Shown: one piece after another, positions 59,510 to 64,000 of the stretch
Layout of the letters: each line of letters opens with the position of its first letter
Position numbering within the stretch: the first letter of the stretch is position 1
From: an uncultured Chlamydiae bacterium
Lineage (GTDB): Bacteria > Chlamydiota > Chlamydiia > Chlamydiales > Parachlamydiaceae
Reading direction: 5' to 3'
Assembly (NCBI GenBank): GCA_963830365.1
Contig: CAWHMU010000046.1
Span: 79,041 to 143,040, forward strand
Length of the DNA: 64,000 nt
The notes under the pieces: generated by a model
Told to the model about the DNA's origin: nothing
Database searches by the model: none
What the model saw: only the letters and a program-made list of their open reading frames with translations
Program-made: the position numbers and the translations under genes

Positions 59510-60019
59510 ATGTTGGAGCTTTATATTTTAAGGCATGGCCTGGCCGGTAGAAGTCTAGAAGACGACACCATGGATGAAGAGCGCCCATTGAAAAAAAATG
59601 GGAAGACGCAGATGAAAGAGATCGGCAAAGCCTTAAAAAGTCAGAAAATATCTTTTGACACCGTTTTAACAAGCCCTTTATTACGCGCCTGTGAAAGTGC
59701 CGATATCGTCAATGCCTATTGTGGTGCTTCAGAAGAGGTGATAGTCACCGACCTGCTTGCGCCTGGCGCTTCGTATGATAAGCTCGTCAGATTTTTAAAT
59801 AAATTTAAAGAATCAAAGACTGTTGCCATTGTCGGCCATGAGCCGTTCCTTAGTGGCTTTGCTTCCTACTGCCTTTCCAAAAACAAAAGCTCGCTGATGA
59901 ACCTTAAAAAAGGCGGCGTGCTAATGCTCGAAGTCGATGGGCTGATCAGGCCGGGCCGATGCATGTTGTCATGGCTAATGGAGCCAAAGCAGATCATTCA
60001 AAAAAAATCGCCTAAATGA
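59510..60019 (+). CDS. sixA: Phosphohistidine phosphatase SixA
   Basis: LRHG, ERPL, SPLLRA, VGHEP, LKKGG. Confidence 0.9.
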   Translation: MLELYILRHGLAGRSLEDDTMDEERPLKKNGKTQMKEIGKALKSQKISFDTVLTSPLLRACESADIVNAYCGASEEVIVTDLLAPGASYDKLVRFLNKFKESKTVAIVGHEPFLSGFASYCLSKNKSSLMNLKKGGVLMLEVDGLIRPGRCMLSWLMEPKQIIQKKSPK

Positions 60020-60077
60020 TTAAAGAAGCCAAGACGCGTTCAAGCTACGGCAGAGGCGTTTACAACTCAATTAAGCT

Positions 60078-62150
60078 ATGCATAAGAAGTTAATCATCCC
60101 ACGTGAGATCAGTTGGCTGCGTTTTAATGCGCGCATTTTGCAGGAAGCTAACGATCCTACCCACTCATTAAAACAGCGCATCCGTTTTTTAGGTATTTAC
60201 TCTAACAACCGCGATGAGTTTTTTAGGGTGCAGGTCGCTTTGTTAAAAAAAATGATCAAATTACAGGACAAAACAGCACGACTCGATCTTAAAAATCCTC
60301 AGAAAATCCTCAACCAAATCCATCGCCTTGTCTTAGGGCAGCAGGAGGATTTCAATCGCATTTGGGAAAATATCCTCAAGGATTTAAATAAAGAAAAAGT
60401 CTTTCTGATTGATGACAAAAATCTAAATGCCAAAGAGAAAATCTTTATTAATAATTTATTTGATCACGAGATAAGCTCCTCTGTCGTCCCTTTATTCATC
60501 GATGACATGCCGCAGCTGCCTGCTTTTAAAGATAGTAATATTTTTTTAGGCATCGTGCTGAAAAAAAATAAAGGCTCTGCCGGGCAAAGATTTGCGATGA
60601 TAGAAATCCCGCTTAAAAATCATAGTCGTTTTGTTTTTCTGCCCTCCACCGCCGGCGAGCAAAACATCACCTTGCTGGAAGATGTGATACGCTTTAATCT
60701 GCCCAGAATTTTTTCCCATTTAGGCTATACGCGTTTTGAAGCCCATATGTTCAAAGTGACTAAGGATGCTGAAATTGATATCGATGATGACATCTCTACG
60801 ACCTTTGTGCAAAAAATTGAAAAAGGTGTGAAAAACAGGCGCAAAGCGCCGGCCACCCGCTTTCTATATGATAAACGGATGAATAAAGACTTATTGGCCT
60901 TATTAGCACGCAAGCTCAACCTTTCTTACCGTGACAGCATTATCCCCGGAGGTTATATCCGCAATTTCCGTGATTTCATGGACTTCCCCGCCATCCTGCC
61001 CAATAGCCAGCCAAGACCGCGGCCCTTTCAACATCCGGCTCTGGCCAAACCATTGCATGCTAGCGATGTACTAAAGCAGCAGGATGTGTTGCTGCATGTC
61101 CCCTACCACTCCTTCAATACAATCATTCATTTGTTGCGGGAAGCGGCCATGGATCCGGATGTAAAAAGCATCAAACTCATCGCCTATCGGCTAGCGCCCC
61201 ATTCAAAAGTTTGCAATGCGTTAATCAATGCCGTACGTAACGGCAAAGAAGTGCAGGTAATATTGGAATTGCGGGCCAGCTTTGATGAAGAAGCGAATTT
61301 GGAATGGAAAGCCAAACTCGAAGAAGAAGGCGTAAAAGTTTTTGTCGGTATTCCAGCGCTGAAAGTGCATGCCAAAATTTGTGTGATCAAAAAACAAGAG
61401 GGCAAGCGGACTTTCCACTACGGTTTTGTCGGCACAGGCAATTTGAATGAAAAAACGGCCTTAAGCTATACCGACCATTTTTTACTGACGAGCAATCGCA
61501 ATATCATGGCCGATGTCAACCGCATCTTTAAGGGCTTTGAAAAGCCGGAAAAGAATTTAAGGCGCCAGCTGGAGCTTTGTAAGACCTTATTGGTCAGCCC
61601 GGTGAATATGCGCAAGACCTTATTTGCCAAGATCGACCGTGAAATTCAAACGGCCAGCGCCGGCCAGCCGGCCAAAATCATTATCAATGTAAACTCGCTG
61701 AGTGATGAAAAATTAATAAATAAACTTTACAAGGCTGCTGCTGCAGGTGTCGAAGTTAAGTTAATTGTCCGCGGCATCTTTTGCGCCATGCTTGATAAAA
61801 ACGCATCCATAGCGCCCATAACGGCGATCAGCATTGTCGATGAATATCTGGAGCATAGTCGCATTTGGCTGTTTCACAATGGCGGTAATGAGGACATCTA
61901 TATATCTTCGGCTGATTGGATGGTACGTAACTTGGATTATCGCATCGAAGTCGCCGTCCCGATCAGGGATAAAGCCCTGAAAGATGAAATCAAGCATATC
62001 CTTGACATCAAACTCAGCGACAATGTCAAAGCACGCTGGCATGGCAGGGAGCTTTCCAATCAATATGTTTCGTCAACCGGCAAAAAAACACGCTCTCAAA
62101 TCGCCATACAACAATACTTAAAAAAGAAAAAGGTTAAAAGCTCTTCATGA
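60078..62150 (+). CDS. ppk1: Polyphosphate kinase 1
   Basis: REISWLRFN, DEFFRV, HVPYHSF, KVHAK, GTGN, LEHSR, SADWMVRNL. Confidence 0.95.
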   Translation: MHKKLIIPREISWLRFNARILQEANDPTHSLKQRIRFLGIYSNNRDEFFRVQVALLKKMIKLQDKTARLDLKNPQKILNQIHRLVLGQQEDFNRIWENILKDLNKEKVFLIDDKNLNAKEKIFINNLFDHEISSSVVPLFIDDMPQLPAFKDSNIFLGIVLKKNKGSAGQRFAMIEIPLKNHSRFVFLPSTAGEQNITLLEDVIRFNLPRIFSHLGYTRFEAHMFKVTKDAEIDIDDDISTTFVQKIEKGVKNRRKAPATRFLYDKRMNKDLLALLARKLNLSYRDSIIPGGYIRNFRDFMDFPAILPNSQPRPRPFQHPALAKPLHASDVLKQQDVLLHVPYHSFNTIIHLLREAAMDPDVKSIKLIAYRLAPHSKVCNALINAVRNGKEVQVILELRASFDEEANLEWKAKLEEEGVKVFVGIPALKVHAKICVIKKQEGKRTFHYGFVGTGNLNEKTALSYTDHFLLTSNRNIMADVNRIFKGFEKPEKNLRRQLELCKTLLVSPVNMRKTLFAKIDREIQTASAGQPAKIIINVNSLSDEKLINKLYKAAAAGVEVKLIVRGIFCAMLDKNASIAPITAISIVDEYLEHSRIWLFHNGGNEDIYISSADWMVRNLDYRIEVAVPIRDKALKDEIKHILDIKLSDNVKARWHGRELSNQYVSSTGKKTRSQIAIQQYLKKKKVKSSS

Positions 62151-63034
62151 AGATAGCTACCATTGATATCGGAAGTAATGCCGCCCGCTTGTTGATTGTT
62201 GATGCCGTCGTCAACAAGCAGCGCGTGGCTGAATTTGATAAGGTCGATTTCCTAAGGTTGCCGTTGCGCTTAGGCTTTAATGTTTTTGAGAATGGGGAAA
62301 TTAGTCCGGCGAAGGCAGAAAAGGTCGTCATTGCAATGCAGGTGTTTAAGGGCTTGCTGAACTTCTATGACGTCAAGCATTTGAAGGCTTGTGCGACAAG
62401 CGCCATGCGGGATGCAAAGAACAGCAATGAAGTTGTCAAGCAAGTGGAAAGGCAGACCGGCATTAAAATCCATATCATCAGCGGGGATGAAGAAGCGGTC
62501 TTGATTAATGAGAATCATATCGCTGAAAATATGGATAGGGAACATGCCTATCTATATGTCAACGTAGGCGGTGGCAGCACCGATATCATTTTTTATGCCG
62601 ATGGCAAGATGCGTTATAAGAAATCCATCGACATCGGTTCGATCCGAATACTGAAGAATCAGGTAACAGACTCCCATTGGAATAACTTGAAAGCCGAGTT
62701 AAAAGCCAATGTTAAAAGCAATTTGCCAGTGGTGGCCATTGGTTCAGGCGGCAACATCAACAAAATATTTTCCTTAAGTAAAAAGAAAGAGGGAAAGTCC
62801 CTCTCATTGGATCTACTTAAAAAATATTGTGCCGATTTCACCTGTCTGTCTACACATGAGCGCATGCACGAATATAAACTCAGTGAAGACCGCGCCGAAG
62901 TGATTGTGCCGGCCTTGCAAATCTATATCAATGTCATGCGCTGGGCTGGCATCAAAGACATCTATGTGCCAAAAATCGGTCTGGTGGATGGCCTGGCGCA
63001 TGCCCTCTATCAGGAAGTTGTCAACAAGCATTAA
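62147..63034 (+). CDS. ppx: Exopolyphosphatase (Ppx/GppA, short form)
   Basis: [31 protein letters not shown]. Confidence 0.92.
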   Translation: MKIATIDIGSNAARLLIVDAVVNKQRVAEFDKVDFLRLPLRLGFNVFENGEISPAKAEKVVIAMQVFKGLLNFYDVKHLKACATSAMRDAKNSNEVVKQVERQTGIKIHIISGDEEAVLINENHIAENMDREHAYLYVNVGGGSTDIIFYADGKMRYKKSIDIGSIRILKNQVTDSHWNNLKAELKANVKSNLPVVAIGSGGNINKIFSLSKKKEGKSLSLDLLKKYCADFTCLSTHERMHEYKLSEDRAEVIVPALQIYINVMRWAGIKDIYVPKIGLVDGLAHALYQEVVNKH

Positions 63035-63896
63035 GCAGTTGCCGGCGCATGGTCTTTAATTCCTGGCGGTGGGCCGCATTGCTCTTGGGGTATGCCATCT
63101 TAAGTTCATCAATCGCCTCAAGAACCGTTTGCGAAATGATCAAACGGGCATTTTCCTTGTCGTCAGCCGGCACGATAGACCAAGGGGCATGAGTGGTGTT
63201 TGTCGCGTTCAGACAGTCCTCATAAGCCTGCATGTATTGAGGCCAGAATTTGCGCTCTAGTGAGTCGGAAGGACTGACTTTCCAGTTTTTGGCCGGATCA
63301 TCAATGCGTTCAAGGAAGCGCTTGCACTGTTCTTCCGGCGAGAGGTGGAGGAAAAACTTGATCACCCGTGTGCCATTGGCGTGGAGATGTTTCTCCAAAT
63401 CCACGATGGAGCGGTAGCGCCAATCCCAGAAGTCTTTATCATCAAGCAACTGCTTGGGAAGATCCTGATTTAAAAGAATCTCCGGATGCACGCGCACGAT
63501 GAGCACCTCTTCATAATAGGAGCGGTTGAAAATGCCGATACGCCCGCGTTCCGGCAGGCGGCAGGTGGTGCGCCACAGAAAATCATGGTCCAGCTCTTCG
63601 GCGCTGGGCTGCTTGAAGCTGAAAACCTCACACCCCTGTGGATTGACGCCCGACATGACGTGCCGGATGGCCCCGTCTTTGCCGGCGGCGTCCATCCCCT
63701 GGAAAATCAACAGCAAGGCATATTGGTTGGAGGCATAGAGAAGGTTTTGCATCGCACTCAATTTCTCAACATGCTCCTCCAGGATTTTTTTATACTGCTT
63801 CTTCGACTTGTAAAAGGGCTTCACCATCGTCGGCAAGGTGTCGAGTTTGACCTTTTCGCCGGGTGCCACGCGGAAATCGGCTGCTTTGATTTTCAT
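63021..63896 (-). CDS. ppk2: Polyphosphate kinase 2 (class III-like)
   Basis: [36 protein letters not shown]. Confidence 0.92.
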   Translation of the reverse strand: MKIKAADFRVAPGEKVKLDTLPTMVKPFYKSKKQYKKILEEHVEKLSAMQNLLYASNQYALLLIFQGMDAAGKDGAIRHVMSGVNPQGCEVFSFKQPSAEELDHDFLWRTTCRLPERGRIGIFNRSYYEEVLIVRVHPEILLNQDLPKQLLDDKDFWDWRYRSIVDLEKHLHANGTRVIKFFLHLSPEEQCKRFLERIDDPAKNWKVSPSDSLERKFWPQYMQAYEDCLNATNTTHAPWSIVPADDKENARLIISQTVLEAIDELKMAYPKSNAAHRQELKTMRRQLLNAC

Positions 63897-64000
63897 GTCT
63901 ATCCCCTTTTTTCTGATCTTTTCGACAAAGGTTTACAAGTAGGCTAAAATGCGCGTTTACCGCGGCAGCGGTCAACAGCTGGGACTTGGCGAGTGTCCCG

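Overview
A 64-kb chromosomal segment that looks like an environmental chlamydia (Chlamydiota, Parachlamydiales-like). This is inferred from the gene orders tRNA-Gln/rplY-pth-rpsF-rpsR-rplI-ispE and recR-bamA-skp-lpxD near pdhABC, plus Inc-like proteins. Housekeeping and transport blocks (oppABC, potFGHI, pdhABC, a polyphosphate cluster) alternate with accessory genes and with intergenic DNA dense in nested MITEs and REP-like palindromes. The strongest signal is an intact IS110-family element (about 36888-38703, minus strand), with a truncated second copy at 1729-2727. Both copies sit at the same nucleotide (TTTGT-AGC-CCG) of a dispersed palindromic repeat. The ~295-nt non-coding 3' end of the intact copy holds two similar stem-loop modules, one carrying the target sequence (TTTGTAGC) and one carrying the element's own end (TCGGAAG), as expected of a bridge/seek RNA. 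Other highlights: the same repeat is also targeted by an IS1182-like element; an autotransporter has a passenger resembling ART/TNT-fold polymorphic toxins; and six clustered glycan-modifying enzymes all start with signal-peptide-like N-termini. All family assignments come from motif recognition by eye; no searches were run.
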